Program-made: the position numbers and the translations under genes
DNA from: Geosiphon pyriformis uo1
Lineage: Eukaryota > Fungi > Glomeromycota
Length of the DNA stretch: 64,000 bases
Assembly (NCBI GenBank): GCA_016748015.1
Contig: JAAOMT010000495.1
Location: 264,094 to 328,093 of the forward strand
Direction: 5' to 3'
Notes under the pieces: model-generated
What the model was told of the DNA's origin: nothing
The model's database searches: none
The model's input: only the letters and a program-made list of their open reading frames with translations
Shown here: in pieces, positions 46,595-59,011 of the stretch
Layout: every line of letters begins with the position of its first letter
How positions within the stretch are numbered: position 1 is the first letter of the stretch

Positions 46595-49500
46595 TAAATT
46601 TCGGGGAATATCTTCAGGATTAATTAAAGAGGAATGTGTACCAATTTGTGGAATTAATGGTTCAAGATTGTTTCTGGAATGATAGTGTTTCAATCTGTCT
46701 CCATGTGCAACTTTTGCTAATATTTTGTTATCAAGTCTTAACTTATATGATCCATTGCCTAGAATTTCGTGAATATAAAATGGTCCATCCCATTTGTTTT
46801 CAAATTTCCCACTCCATTGTTTTTCAGCCTTAGTTCTGTATAAGAGAACTTTATTTCCAACTTTAAATTCGTTGGTAATAGATGATAATTTGTTATCATG
46901 TTTTTCTTTTTGTTGAGCTTGGGAATGTTCAATATGAGTTGCTGCTATTCTTCTTTTTCCTTCCAGTGTACTAAGAAGAGTGTATGCTCTTCTTTGGAGT
47001 GTCTCTTGAAAGTTTTTTTCATTGATTGGTTGCACTGGGTATGTTTTCACTGTGAAATTAATTGGTAATGTTGCTGTCCTTCCATAAGTAAGATCAAATG
47101 GTGTGTTTCATAGTATCTTGTTTTAGTGTTCTGTATGCTAGTAACACTAATGGAATAAAGATATCCCATTTCTGTTCAAAGTCTGTTAAGACTTTGGCTA
47201 AAGATTCACACAATGTTCTGTTGAAATGTTCTACAAGTTCATTTGTTTAAGGGTGATAAAGTGATAATAGAAGTCTTTTGACATTGAACTGTTCACAAAT
47301 TTTTTGTATCAAGTTGTTTACAAAATGTGTTCTTTGATCAGATAAGAGTTCAATTGGACATCTATGTCTACAGATAATGTCTTCATAGATGAAATTTGCT
47401 ACTGATTTTGCATCTGCTCTTTGGATGGCTCTAGCTTTAAGCCATTTGGTAAGATAATCCACTGCAACTGCAATATAACAATTTCCTTGGATTGTGATAG
47501 GTAATGGTTCGACTAAATCAATTCCAACTTTGTTAAAAGATTGTCCAACTTTGATTGGATTTAAAGGTTCTGTGGGGCGAGTTCCTTCTCTTCTTTGACA
47601 ATTATCACAAGATTCTATATATTGTCAAATGTCTTTTTGCATGTGAGGCCAAAAATAATGTTCAAAAGTTTTTTGAATTGTTTCCTCTTTTCCCAAGTGT
47701 GCTAAAGACGGATCTGTGTACATGTTGTATAAAATTGTTTCTTTTTCATTCTCTTGTACTAATCTGAGTGACTGGTTTGGTTTTCTGTAATTTTTATAAT
47801 AGATTTTGTTTTGGTGTATGAAATATTGTTTTGATTGGTGTTATAAGCGGTGTTTTTCACTTGGAGACCAGTTTTCTGGCATGGTAAGAGTTTCCAAATA
47901 ATTTTTAAGATTGCTGTAGTTTCTGGGATTCATTCTTGTTTGGTTATTTTGTTGGTAAGTTGGTAAGTTGTGGTGGAATTATTGTTGGTATTAATCTTGT
48001 CTCATTCTTGAGAGGCTATCAATATTGGTATGTAGTTTTTTTGGTTTGTGGTGTACAATATATCTGTAGTCTGCTAGGAAGTTATTCCATTGAGACTGTT
48101 TGGCACTTTGTTCAGTTTTCTTTTTATTGAGCCATTTGAGGCTAATGTTGTCTATTATTATGTCAAATTCTTTTCCATTCTTCAGATATTGTTGAAAATG
48201 TTTAAGAGCCCAAATAACTGCAGCAGCTTCTAATTCAGTTGAGTCATATTTGAGTTCTGTTGGCTTGAGTGTTCTGCTGGCATAGGCAATAACTTGTTCT
48301 TGGACATTTTCATCCAATTGTGATAAAATGGCACCAAATGCTATGTGTGAAACATCAGTGGCTAATTAGAATTGTTTGTTGAAGTCTGAGTAAGCAAGAA
48401 CTGGGGCTGTTGTCAATTTTGTTTTGAGAATTTCAAAAGCTTTTTGTTGTTCTTCAGTCTATTTGTATGGTACGTTTTTGTTGATAAAATAATTGAGTGG
48501 TTTGGCAATTTCTGAGAATCTTTTTATGAATTTTCGATAGTAAGAGGCTAATCTCACAAATCCTTTTAATTCTGTAGTATTTCTGGGGGTTTAAAAGTTT
48601 TTGACAGCACTGATTGTTCCTGGATTTGGTTTGATTCCATCTTTACTAACTATGTGTCCAAAAAAGATCAAGCTTGTTTTTCCAAAGTGACATTTCTCAA
48701 TATTTAACTTTAATTCTGCTTTTCATAATTATTGAAAAACTTCTCACAGGTGAATGAGATGGGCTTCAAAGCTTGGTGAGTATACATCAGTATCATCAAG
48801 ATAAACAACTACTGATTGCCACAAGAGCCCTTCATAAACAACATCCATGAGTCACTGAAATGTTGCTGGTGCATTGCAGAGTCCAAAAGACATAATATTA
48901 AATTCATAATTTCCTCCTTGAGTGGTGAATGCTGTTTTGGGTCTATCTTTTGGGTCTATTTCGACTTGCCAGTATCCACTTTTTAGGTCTAAAGTTGAAA
49001 AGAACTTGGCTTTTCCTAGAGCATCTAGCATGTTATTAATTCTTGAAAAAGGGTAGGCATCTCCAATTGTAACACTATTTAGTTGTCTATAATTAACACA
49101 GAATCTGATTTTTCCGTTTTTCTTTTTAACTAAAACTACTGGTGAGGCTTAAGAACTTCTTGATGGTTGAATCAATCCGTTATTGAGCATTTTTTGGACC
49201 TCTTCTCTGATGAATTGGTGGCTGGCAGGTGGCATTCGATAAGCTTGTTGACGTTTTGGTAGAGCATCTCCTGTATGGATCTGATGTTGAACAATGTCTG
49301 TTTTTCCCAAGTCATTGTTGTCTTTTGCAAATATATCTGCAAATTCAGCTATCAATTGTTTCAATTGTCTTTGTTGTTAAGATTCTAAGAGACCCATATT
49401 GATTTGAGAGAGTTTTTCTTCCAACAAGTGGTAGTTTTCAGTCATGGGAATAATATTTGGATTTGGGAGTAGAGTGTGTTTTACAATTTCGATGAAATTA

Positions 49501-51620
49501 GAGACAATTTGAGGGTTTTCATCTTGAAAGATATTGCTGTGTATGATTCCAATTTCTAATTTGTTTAATAAAACAATAGGGTAATTATTGGGATTGTAGA
49601 ATGTAACTCGAAATTTTTTCATTCCTTTGGGAATATAAACATTTGGAATTGATATTTCATGCTTCAAACAGATTTGTTCATTGGATTCAAAGATTTGTTG
49701 TGTAGTGGTGGGTTTTGAGCAAGTGTAAATTTTGTGATGTTCTTCAAAAAATAAAATGGTAATTGGCTGAGGAAGTTGAAGAATCTGGTGAGATTCATTT
49801 TGTGTATTAAGAACTATGTTTACTGGGACTGTAAATCGTCCAGTTGAACCAAAACCTTGAGTTTCTCTTTCATTTTTTCCCAATTGTTCTCTGTTGTTTA
49901 CTGATTGTAAACCCGAAATGTTGATTAAGGATAAGTAAATTGCTTGAGCAATTTTTTTAGCATGTTCAATTTTGAATGGTTTGTTTGTCTCATTTTGTAA
50001 CATGATGATAATGTCTCCAGTGTATTCTGCATCTATAACTCCTTCTCTAATATTGATTTCTTTGCTCGCCAATGATGATCTGGAGGCAATTTAAATCATT
50101 GCTCCTGGTGGAATTTCAAGAGCAATTTTGAGATTGATTTTTGTCAAAGACTTTGGTTGGAGAATCAAAGTATCTTTTTCTGGATATCTTAGGTCATATC
50201 TAGTATCAATTTCGTGTGCTTTTTCTGGTCTGATTCCTTGGCCATGGTTGTCAAAATATTTAAGTTGTAGAGATGGTTGCTTTTCAAGAAGATAGATGGG
50301 TGTGGTTGGTAGTTCTTCTACTAGTTCAGATACTTCAAATTCGATTTCATTTTTATCATTCTCATCTGGCAGAGGAATGCTAAGAACATAACATTCTAAA
50401 CACCATTAGTCATCACAAGGCATAACACATTCTTCACACAATTGAATGTTTATTTGCTCTAATCGTTGAATTTGAGCTTCTTTGGTCGGATATGTGTGGC
50501 TTGCAATTTGGTGGTAGGTTTCTACTTCATCTTTATAATCAAATCCAGCTAATTCCATGGTATACTCAATATATTCAGCTTCTTTCATTTGGCAGACATC
50601 TTCTTGGGTGGCTTTATTGATCAATGTCATTGCTAAGTCAAAAATCATTTCAGCATCCTGAGGGTAGTGGTAAAGTTTATTGAGAGCACTGTTGTATGCT
50701 GCATCAAATGGTGTTCCTCTTCTGACTTTTTCCGAAATTGATAGAGCATATTGACAGGTTTGATCACATACTCCTCCTCTCATTGTTACATCAATCCAAT
50801 TGCATTCTTCTGATAGCATTTCTCCACATGTAAGGCAAGGTGTGTTGTCCCATTTTCCACTTCTTTTTGGAGATCCAAATCGTTCTCTATGGTATGCTTT
50901 GTAAAAGTAACAGATACGAGTTTCATATTTTTCTTTTGGAGAAATACATGCTCCCATTGATGAAAGTTTTTTGTTGCAATCTTTGCATTTGAGTGAAATA
51001 TAGAGTGGTTGTTTCCGTGGTTCTGGTGCAGAATATTTAACTTTCTTCTATCTTCTTGATTCTTCAAAAATCTCTTGTTCGGTTTTTTCATTCCAATTGG
51101 ATGTTGATCCAAGAGCCATGTAGGTTTCAGTAAGTGGCATTTCTTTCTTCTCTTCAAATTCAAATACTGGAGCTTTTTCTGATCATTTATTAAAGGTACC
51201 ACAGGTTGAAGATACTATGGTATATTGTCCTTGGTATGAGATTTTAAGTTTTTCAGTTCAGGTTTGCATTGGCCTTGAGAAGCCAATTATTTCCAACTAG
51301 AGCTTGGTATTAGGGTGCATCCATAAAAAGAACTTTAACTGGAATGGTAATTCCATCAATTGAAAAAGGGAAATTATCAATTTCTCCTACAGGAGTCTTC
51401 TTTATACCATCAGCTGTGACAATAACTGTTTGAGCTGGTCTGTCTACGTTTTGTTTGAGTTGTTGCATCAGCTGGTAAGTGATGATACTTCCAGTTGATC
51501 TACTATCTAAGATTAAGCAAATGGGTTTTCTTTCTACTGTAGCTTCTGTGTACATAGCAGTAATTGCTTTCTGTTCATTGACTGCTGCATTACTAAGCAG
51601 AAATGGTGATTTATTTGCTT
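46595..51620 (-). pseudogene. Gypsy pol: protease, Cys-rich domain, dUTPase, RT, RNase H, integrase (GPY/F)
   Basis: LILDSRSTGS (PR, ~51500); YLDDT (RT, ~48800); TDVS..GAILSQ..VIAYASR..ELEAAAVIWAL (RH); H..H..CDNC, GIDLV, LLSDQRTHF, VEHFNRTL (IN); WDGPF (GPY/F). Confidence 0.95.
49840..50290 (-). pseudogene. Trimeric dUTPase domain within Gypsy pol
   Basis: All five motifs present: DTRYDL (for DAGYDL), ASRSSLA, GVIDAEYTG, KIAQAI, RETQGFGSTG. Confidence 0.95.
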
Positions 51621-53603
51621 CAAATTCAAATGGAAATATATCTGACAGATTAGCATTTTGGACAATTTGAGCTGGTAGAATGGTGTGGTTGGAAGGATTT
51701 GATCTTAGCGCTGCAACTTCATCTTCAGAAAGTGCAGTTTGTTAAAAATCCGATTCCTCTGGTATTGTAAGATAACTGGGTTGAGTGTGATAGTGATTGG
51801 GTCTTTGCTGATCTGAATTTCGGGGAACCAACTGGTTATTTGGATTGATTCTGTTGTGGTTATTCTGCAATTGATTTTGGGGTGTAAATTGGTTATGTTG
51901 AACCAATCTTCTTGCTGGTATTTGATATTGTTGAGTGGGTGGTGTCTAATATGGCTGAATTGGTAAAGATTGCTGATATTGTTGCTGCATTGATTGTGGA
52001 GCTGGTAGATAGTAGTTTTGATTTTGTGGTCTTGGTGAATAATAGGTTAATGGTGGAGATTGGTAATAGGATTGTTGTGGTGAACAATAACGTTGATTAC
52101 TCCTGTTTTGTTGGTCTCTTTATAATTTCCTACAATCTCGTTTCCAGTGTCCTGGAATTCCACAATAATGACAATTTTGAGATTGGTTGTTGGATAGTAA
52201 TCCAAACTTGTTTTGGTTGTGTCATTGTGGTGGTTGATATCTTTGTGGTTGTTGCTGCTGTTGTTGTTGGTTTGTAAAATAGCTTTCAACTTTCCTTGTA
52301 AGTTGGTCTATCTTTTCTTTAGCTGCTGAGCTGGTTTCTCCAATTGCAAGGTTTACAAGCTTGGTGTGATTTGCTTCTTCCATTGCCATTTTATAGCTCT
52401 TTGCATATCTAATAGCAGTTGCTAAGTCTGCTAGAGCATGTAAACGGACTTTTTTAATCAGTTTGTCTTTTAACCCTACTATAAACTGATTCAGAATTTG
52501 AGCATTAGAATAGTAGTCATTGGTTTCCAATTGTCGGATTTGTTTGAGAAGTTTGTTAAATCTTTCAAGATAGATCATAACAGATTCAGATGTTTTTTGT
52601 TTGATATTGCAAAAGCGGTTTCTGAAAGTGATAGAGGTATTGTTGTCAGTGAATTGTTGTAGAAAAGCATCTTTGAATGCTTGCCAGTTTTTAAATGGTT
52701 CTTTTAAATTTTCAAACCATTCTCCTGCTGTTCCTTGGAAAAAGTAAGGAATTGCTTTGAGCATTCTTGCTGCAATCCAACCATTTACATCTCCTGCTTT
52801 TTGAACCTTGTCAAGCCATTCTTGAGGACTGATATCATTGTCTTCACCAGTGAATTCTGGGATTTTTGCAATGTAAGCAGTTGCCATTTCTTCTTTATTT
52901 TCTGTAATTTCTTCTGGTTCTGATTCAGTTTTTTCACTTTCCAAGCTTTCTGAGTGATTACTTTTGTTTTTCTGTAAGTAATCAATGATATTGGCACTTG
53001 TTGATATTGGTTCTTGCTGTTGAGTAAGATTTCTAGGTGACTGAAAATCTTCTGGTCTGAAGAAACGGCTAAGTGGTGAACTTGGTGTTTGTGGTTGAAC
53101 AAGTGAAATTGGAAATAGTGTAATAGAAAGTGGTAATTTGACACTGGTTCTTTGTTCAGGTGTTTGCAAGTATTTGGCAGTTGTCTTTTGTAGTGTTGGA
53201 GTGTTTGGAGTGGTTCTTGAGTATTGTTTCACTTTTTGTTTGCCTTTGTTGCTTGTTTCTGTCTCTGATTCAAAATCAATGGAGTATTGAGACTGCACTG
53301 GATATGTTTCTTCACAGTACTTGATAATGTCAAAATTTAGTTCTTGAAAGTAAGTGGCAAGTGTTTCACTGTTAAGGTCTTCAGTTCTCAACTGTAAATA
53401 GTGTACTAAATTATTGTAAAGGTTGCTTTTAACTTCTGAGATATTGTAATTTCCAAAAAGATAATGTTGATGCGGTTTTCAATGTATTGGTATACTAATT
53501 TCTTTACAACTTCAATTCCATCTGGAATGTTGAATCTTTGCTTGCAGTGGGTATAAATTGACTGATAATACTCTAGAGTTGCTGTGTCTGGTGTGGTCGC
53601 CAC
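51620..53603 (-). pseudogene. Gypsy gag (N-terminal extension, retrotransposon capsid, CCHC knuckle, Q/N-rich linker)
   Basis: IPEFTGED..PQEWL, LQ/FQGTAGEWF, IKQ..SESV..YLERF, QFIVGL; CHYCGIPGHWKRDC at ~52130-52178. Confidence 0.92.
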
Positions 53604-53630
53604 TTTGAATTTGTTGTTGCTGTGTTATTT

Positions 53631-53648
53631 CTATGGGAGAGCACCAAA
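53631..53648 (-). promoter_or_regulatory. Primer-binding site
   Basis: rc ttTGGTGCTCTCCCATAG directly after the 5' LTR, complementary to a tRNA ending ...GGAGAGCACCA. tRNA identity not determined. Confidence 0.8.
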
Positions 53649-54600
53649 TGTTACCAGAGGTTTTTGGTCTCTTTTCTTAAATGTTGGTAATGTTGATTTG
53701 CTGTGAATTCATGTTTTCAGGAAGTAGTTGAATCTCCAATAACTGAATTTATCTTCAAATTATCTTCTATAATTTGAACTGCTGGGCTTATAAGTGGAAT
53801 GGCCAATTTCTTTGCCAGTTACTTTATGTAGTTACGTTGTAGTAAATGTCAACTCTTTCCCAGGAATTGCTCATCTGGAAGCTTACTAAAAATGTGTAGT
53901 TACTTTGCTGTGAAAGTCAACTCTTCTACAGAAATCTCATCTGTAGGCTACCCTAATGATTGTAATAAGAAAATAAAAGAAAAATAAAAGAAATATAAAA
54001 GAAATAAAATTCTGTCAAGAGAAACGTTTTCTATCTAGGCCTGGAGTCACTAACAGTTTACTGAAATTGGTAGCTAATCAATTTCGAAATGTTAGTTGGG
54101 TTTTGGGAATTTTCCAAGTGCAATAATTAAAAAACTTGGTTTTTCAAATTATTTGATATTTATTTCTTTTTGTGTGTATAGGAATGGTTCTAAGTGATAA
54201 ATCTAAAGTAAGATACTTTTTCCAGAAGAAAAAAGCTCTTCTTTTATACAACTTGTTGTAGTACTAGTCTATGAACTTGTACTTTTTCTCTTTGCTCAAA
54301 TTTCAGTGAACTAAAGATACATTTTAATGAACTACAAGTTATTTCACTAAACTATTAATTAATTTGGGTGAACTATTCATAGTTTCGGCAAATTTTTGAA
54401 TGTTACAAAGTTCAGGGTATTGTGTAATTTGATCATCCTACTTTCTGTTATACTAATTAGATTATTTTAATTGAATCGTGATATGTAATAATTGATTAAA
54501 TAATAAATGATAATTTGAAATGATTTTAATATACTAATGAATTATAGGAATTATAAGGGTAATTTCATGCTAATTAATAGCTAAAATTCTACTGGTAACA
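53649..54600 (-). repeat. 5' LTR of the Gypsy element (952 bp)
   Basis: TGTTACCAG...CTGGTAACA inverted termini; pairs with 45157-46117. Confidence 0.97.
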
Positions 54601-54604
54601 TTGG

Positions 54605-57600
54605 TTGGGTTGTTTCTGTTTGGCTCTTGTTCAAAGGCAAGCTCTCAGTTACTCTTTTGGGATTGTATGTAGGTGCCTCTTCTGGGTAGATTTGGTCAGG
54701 CTTCTAAAGTTAACTCTTTCATTACAAAGGCTGTCAACTCCAGCACTTTTGTTGTCTTGGGTGGAGATTTTAATAAGGATGGATTTGGTCAGAGTGTGAG
54801 TTTCAAGTTCTGTCTGAGTTTGGGTTTGGTCAATTTATTTGTCAGTCATCATTTGGCTGGTTTTCATACATGGAGCAACTTAAGAGAGGTTGTAAAGACA
54901 ATTGATCACATTTTTGTTAATAGTAGTTTGTTTTCTGCTGTTGCTGGTTATCAGGTTGTCCCTGTTTCAGATTTTTTCAACACTAATTACAGAGCAGTTA
55001 TGGTGTCAGTTGGTTTAAGTGGACTTCTAGATGTTCAATTAAATAGCTTGTGCAAGCAGGCAAATAGGAATTGTTGGAAGTTCAAATTCAAAGATGCTAA
55101 CAGTGCTAAATGGACTAAGTTTAGGGATTTTTCCTTGACAAAACTTTTGTCATTGGGTGTCATGTTTTCTGGTGCTAAAGCATGTAGTAATGTAGATGTT
55201 ATGTGGGTGATGTTGGAGGAGGCTATGATAAGATCTACTGATGAGACATTTTTAAGACATTGGTTCAGCAAATTTAGGTGCTCGAAGAACAAGCATTCTT
55301 CTAAGTTTTTTGGTTTGAAATTGTTGGTGGCCAAGATTGTTAAGAAATTTTGCTCTGGTGGCTTGTCTGATATTGACCTTCTTGTGAGTAAGTGGTTAAC
55401 TCTGAATAATGCCAAAGCTTGCACTTTCAAAGACTTGGTTAGCTCGGGTGTCAAATCTGAGATTATTGTTAAGCATTTGTCTTTGGTTTGCAGAGATTAC
55501 AGAAAGGCAAAGATGTTTAAATCAAGGTTTGCTAAGAAAGTTTCTATTAAGAAGGCAATTGAGAAGCACATGGAGAATTTCTGTTCTGACAAAGGTAGTA
55601 TGATTAGAAGTGTGTTGGACAGACTCTTTCGCAAAGTGGTGTTAGATCATCTAGTGGTTGATAATGAATTGGTTTTGGAGCCTGAAGAGATAAAGGCAAG
55701 TGTGGACAAGATAATGGAAGGGTGGACAAGAAAATGTTCGGTGTGTTTGGTGGTCCCAGATTTTTGGGCTCGGCAGTATAAGCCTTTGAACTATGTTTAA
55801 GATGATGCTTTTTCTGGTGTTATGCATGAGATCAATATGAGCAAGTTGCTTTCTGTTATTAATGGTCTGTCTGATGGCAAGGCCACTGGTTTGTCTGATA
55901 TTCCAAATGAATTGTGGAAACATAGTGGTAAGGTGGTTTTGGGGTGCTTGTTGGTGCTATTTAATGTGTGTTTGACTGCTGGTATGATGCCTGTTTTGTA
56001 AAAAAGAGCATGGGTTTCAATAATTCTTAAGTCTTACAACTAGAATGGGATCTTTACAAACACTCAGCCCATTGCTTTAATTGAAACTGCCAGGAAAATT
56101 CTTTCTAAGATTCTTTTTGATCATATTTCAGTAATTTGCAGTAAGTTTAATGTCTTTCAGGATAACAACTTTTCAGTATTAAAGGGTACATCTACACAAT
56201 CTCTGGTGTTTGCTGTTGGTTCAGTGGTTGAAAATGCTCTTGAAAAAAATTGGGAGATATGGTTGGTTTTGCAGAATATGCAAAAAGCTTACAATTTAAT
56301 TGAGTGGCATTATTTGAGAACCAGCTTGCAGCATATCAAGATGTGTAAGAGATTCATAAGATTTTTTGGTGGTATTCACAAAGACAGGGTTAACAGGGTA
56401 ATGACTGACTTTGGTTTGTCTGGTGATTACAAGGTGCATGATGGGTTGGATCAGAGTAAGGTCTTTTTGTCTCTCCTGTGGAGGATCTTTTATGATCCAC
56501 TTTTGTGTAAGGTCAAAAGGCATGAACAATTGTGTGGATACCGAATTGATACTAAGTTTGTTTCAAAGACTGGCAGAATTGAGAATAGTGGTGGTTTGAC
56601 TTCGTACTTTTTGGCTAGCACATTTATTGATAATACAATCTGGGTTGGGAACTATTAGGCTTCCACTCAATATGTGCTGAATATTGTCAGTGAGTTTTTT
56701 GTGATCAATGATATTTCCATCAACAGTGAGAAGACAGTGGCTATTATTATAAATCAGGGTGTTAAGATTGCTTTACTGAGTATTTGTGGTCAACCAATTT
56801 CGATTGCTAAGAAGAGCAAGACTCATCATTATCTGGGTATTTTTTTGTCGACTGAGAGATTGTCCAAGCTGAGTGTTGTCAAAACTCATACTGATGTGCA
56901 TTTCTTTGTTAATGTTGTGCTTAGAAAAGCTGTTACAAATAAACAATTTTCATATTTGGTTTTGGCTGTCTTGTAGTCTATTGTTAGCTATTGTATTTAG
57001 TTCAGTTTTGTCCCTTCTAATGTTTGTCACAAGTGAAATACTTTGGTTAGGAAAGATCTCAGGTCTAAAGCTTGTCTTTCTCATGATTTTTCTGATGCGG
57101 CTTTGTATCATCCATTGTTGTATGGCTTAAAATCTTTTGAACAGATGCAGTCTGAAGAGAAGGTGGCTGCTCTAATTATGTTCTCCAATGCTTCTGGTAT
57201 TCTTGGGCATTTGTTTAGTCATAGATTTTTGGATTTGCAGGTTCTTGGTTGGGCTCCTTTAGATCCTTTGCAATTCTCTGTCAGATTGCGCGTTAGTCCG
57301 ATGAACAATTTTTTGGCTGGATTGATAAAAATTTTTTTGGACAATGAGCTATCTTTGGTAAACAATCTCCCCACTGTGTTTCATAGTTCTGGTTACTTTC
57401 CTCTATCTTCTGTTCTTGGAGAGTCTCTGTACTTTGATTTGGTTTTCTCTCTTAAGCACTTTGGTGTTACTTTTTGTGATCAGCTTTTTAATAAAAAAAG
57501 TGGTTTGCTAGATTGAAAGACATTTCACCATTAGAAGAGATTGGATCTGCATGGTCCTGTGCCTCATTGGTTTATGGTTTTTTCTGAGTTTTTGAAGAGT

Positions 57601-59011
57601 CAGAGTTCTTCATCATCTGATTCTGCTGGCTCTACTGTGCTGCATGGACTGAACATTTTGGGGTCTGGGAAGTTTTCTGCTGTGAGAGATGGATTGCATA
57701 ACGTGTGGTCAGGTTTTTTTGAGGTCTTTATAGATGAGTCTTTAAAGAATTTTGGTTCTGCTGAGGTTATTGGTGGTGCTGCTGCTTACTTTCTGGTCTT
57801 GGATTTGAGTGTTAGTGTTGCTGTTCAGGATCTTTTGTCATCTACTATGGCTGAATTACAGGCTGTTGCTTTGGCTTTGGAGTGTGTTTCTTCTTCGAGT
57901 ACTGTGGTGTTGCATCTTGACAGCCAGGCTGCCATTAATGCTTATGTGTCTGAAATGTCTTTGGCTGTCTCCAATTTCTGTAATCAATGCTAGCTAGAAA
58001 GGCATTATATTTTCAATTTAGTCAGGAATAAAGGTCTTAGTATGAGTTGAGTTAAGGTAAAGAGCCATTTTGAGGTTCCTGGAAATGTGAAGGCTGACTT
58101 GGCTGCTGGGACTGCCTCTGGGTCTCCATTTTCTTTGTTGGCTGGTGTACATGAACATTTTCTGGTTGCTGAGAGTACTCCTGTCTTTGGTAATATTTGT
58201 TATTTTGTTAGTGATATTTTTTGCTCTGTTTGTTATGCTCATTGGGAAGCTGGTTCTGGTTTTGATGTGGTTCCAAGTGTGATGATTGTTCGCATAAACT
58301 GGGTTGTCACAGCAACAGTGTGGCATTCTGATTCTCATATGCTTGCTGGTTTTACTAGTTGTAAGTTCTTGACACTTCGCACTTATTTTATAAAGACTAT
58401 ACACAGAAGGCTGCCAGTTGTGGTTAGAAAAAAGTTGTATAACAGGCTTTACCCTGATGTGTTATGTTTGTTGTGCAATAATGTGGAGTTCTCCAACCAT
58501 TTTTTTACTTGCATTTATAAGTCTGGCATTTATGGTAAGATCTTGGTTGAGACTTCTACCTGTTGGTCTGTTTTGGCTGGCATTTCTGGTTCTTTTGCAT
58601 CCACTATGCTACTAGGTCTTATCTCAATGTTTCACCGATATTGGGCTTTATGCTTTGATTTGTAAAGGGTTTATGCTGGATGAGTAGTATAATAAGGCTT
58701 GTTGTGTTTTTGATGATAGGAAGATGGTTGTTGTTTGGTTGGCTGACTTTGTAAGATTTGTCATGAAACTGCATCATGCTAAAATGTGGTTGGTAAGATC
58801 TAGTTACCAGGTGAAAATAGAAAAGACTGATTTGATTTATGATAGTGGTATTATTTCTGGACTTTCTTGTGAGGTGTCTTTGGTTTTGTTTGATGGTGTT
58901 GTTAGGTTGCTTGGTTTGGCTGAGACTTTTGCTGTTAGCTTTGGTTGTCAAAGACCATATAGTTTTTTTTCTAGTCTGGGTGGTAATGTGTTAGTTAATA
59001 TAAGTGTATAG
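54605..59011 (+). pseudogene. LINE-D ORF2, part downstream of the Gypsy insertion
   Basis: GGDFN, TIDHIF, WLVLQNMQKAY, FIDNTIW, VFIDESL, AELQAVALAL, LDSQAA, CLLC..NHFFTC. Confidence 0.93.

Larger units (their letters stand above)
45157..54600 (-). mobile_element. Full-length Ty3/Gypsy LTR retrotransposon carrying dUTPase
   Basis: Paired LTRs, PBS and PPT; domain order gag-CCHC-PR-(Cys-rich)-dUTPase-RT-RNaseH-IN on the minus strand; 4-nt duplication in the host LINE-D frame. Confidence 0.97.

Noticed and set aside
51893-52289. Overlapping V-rich and T/N-rich ORFs in alternative frames of the Gypsy element; env-like gene
   Set aside because: Shadow frames of the CAA-rich Q/N linker of gag; no separate third ORF is visible. 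Most other short antisense ORFs in the track are likewise shadows.
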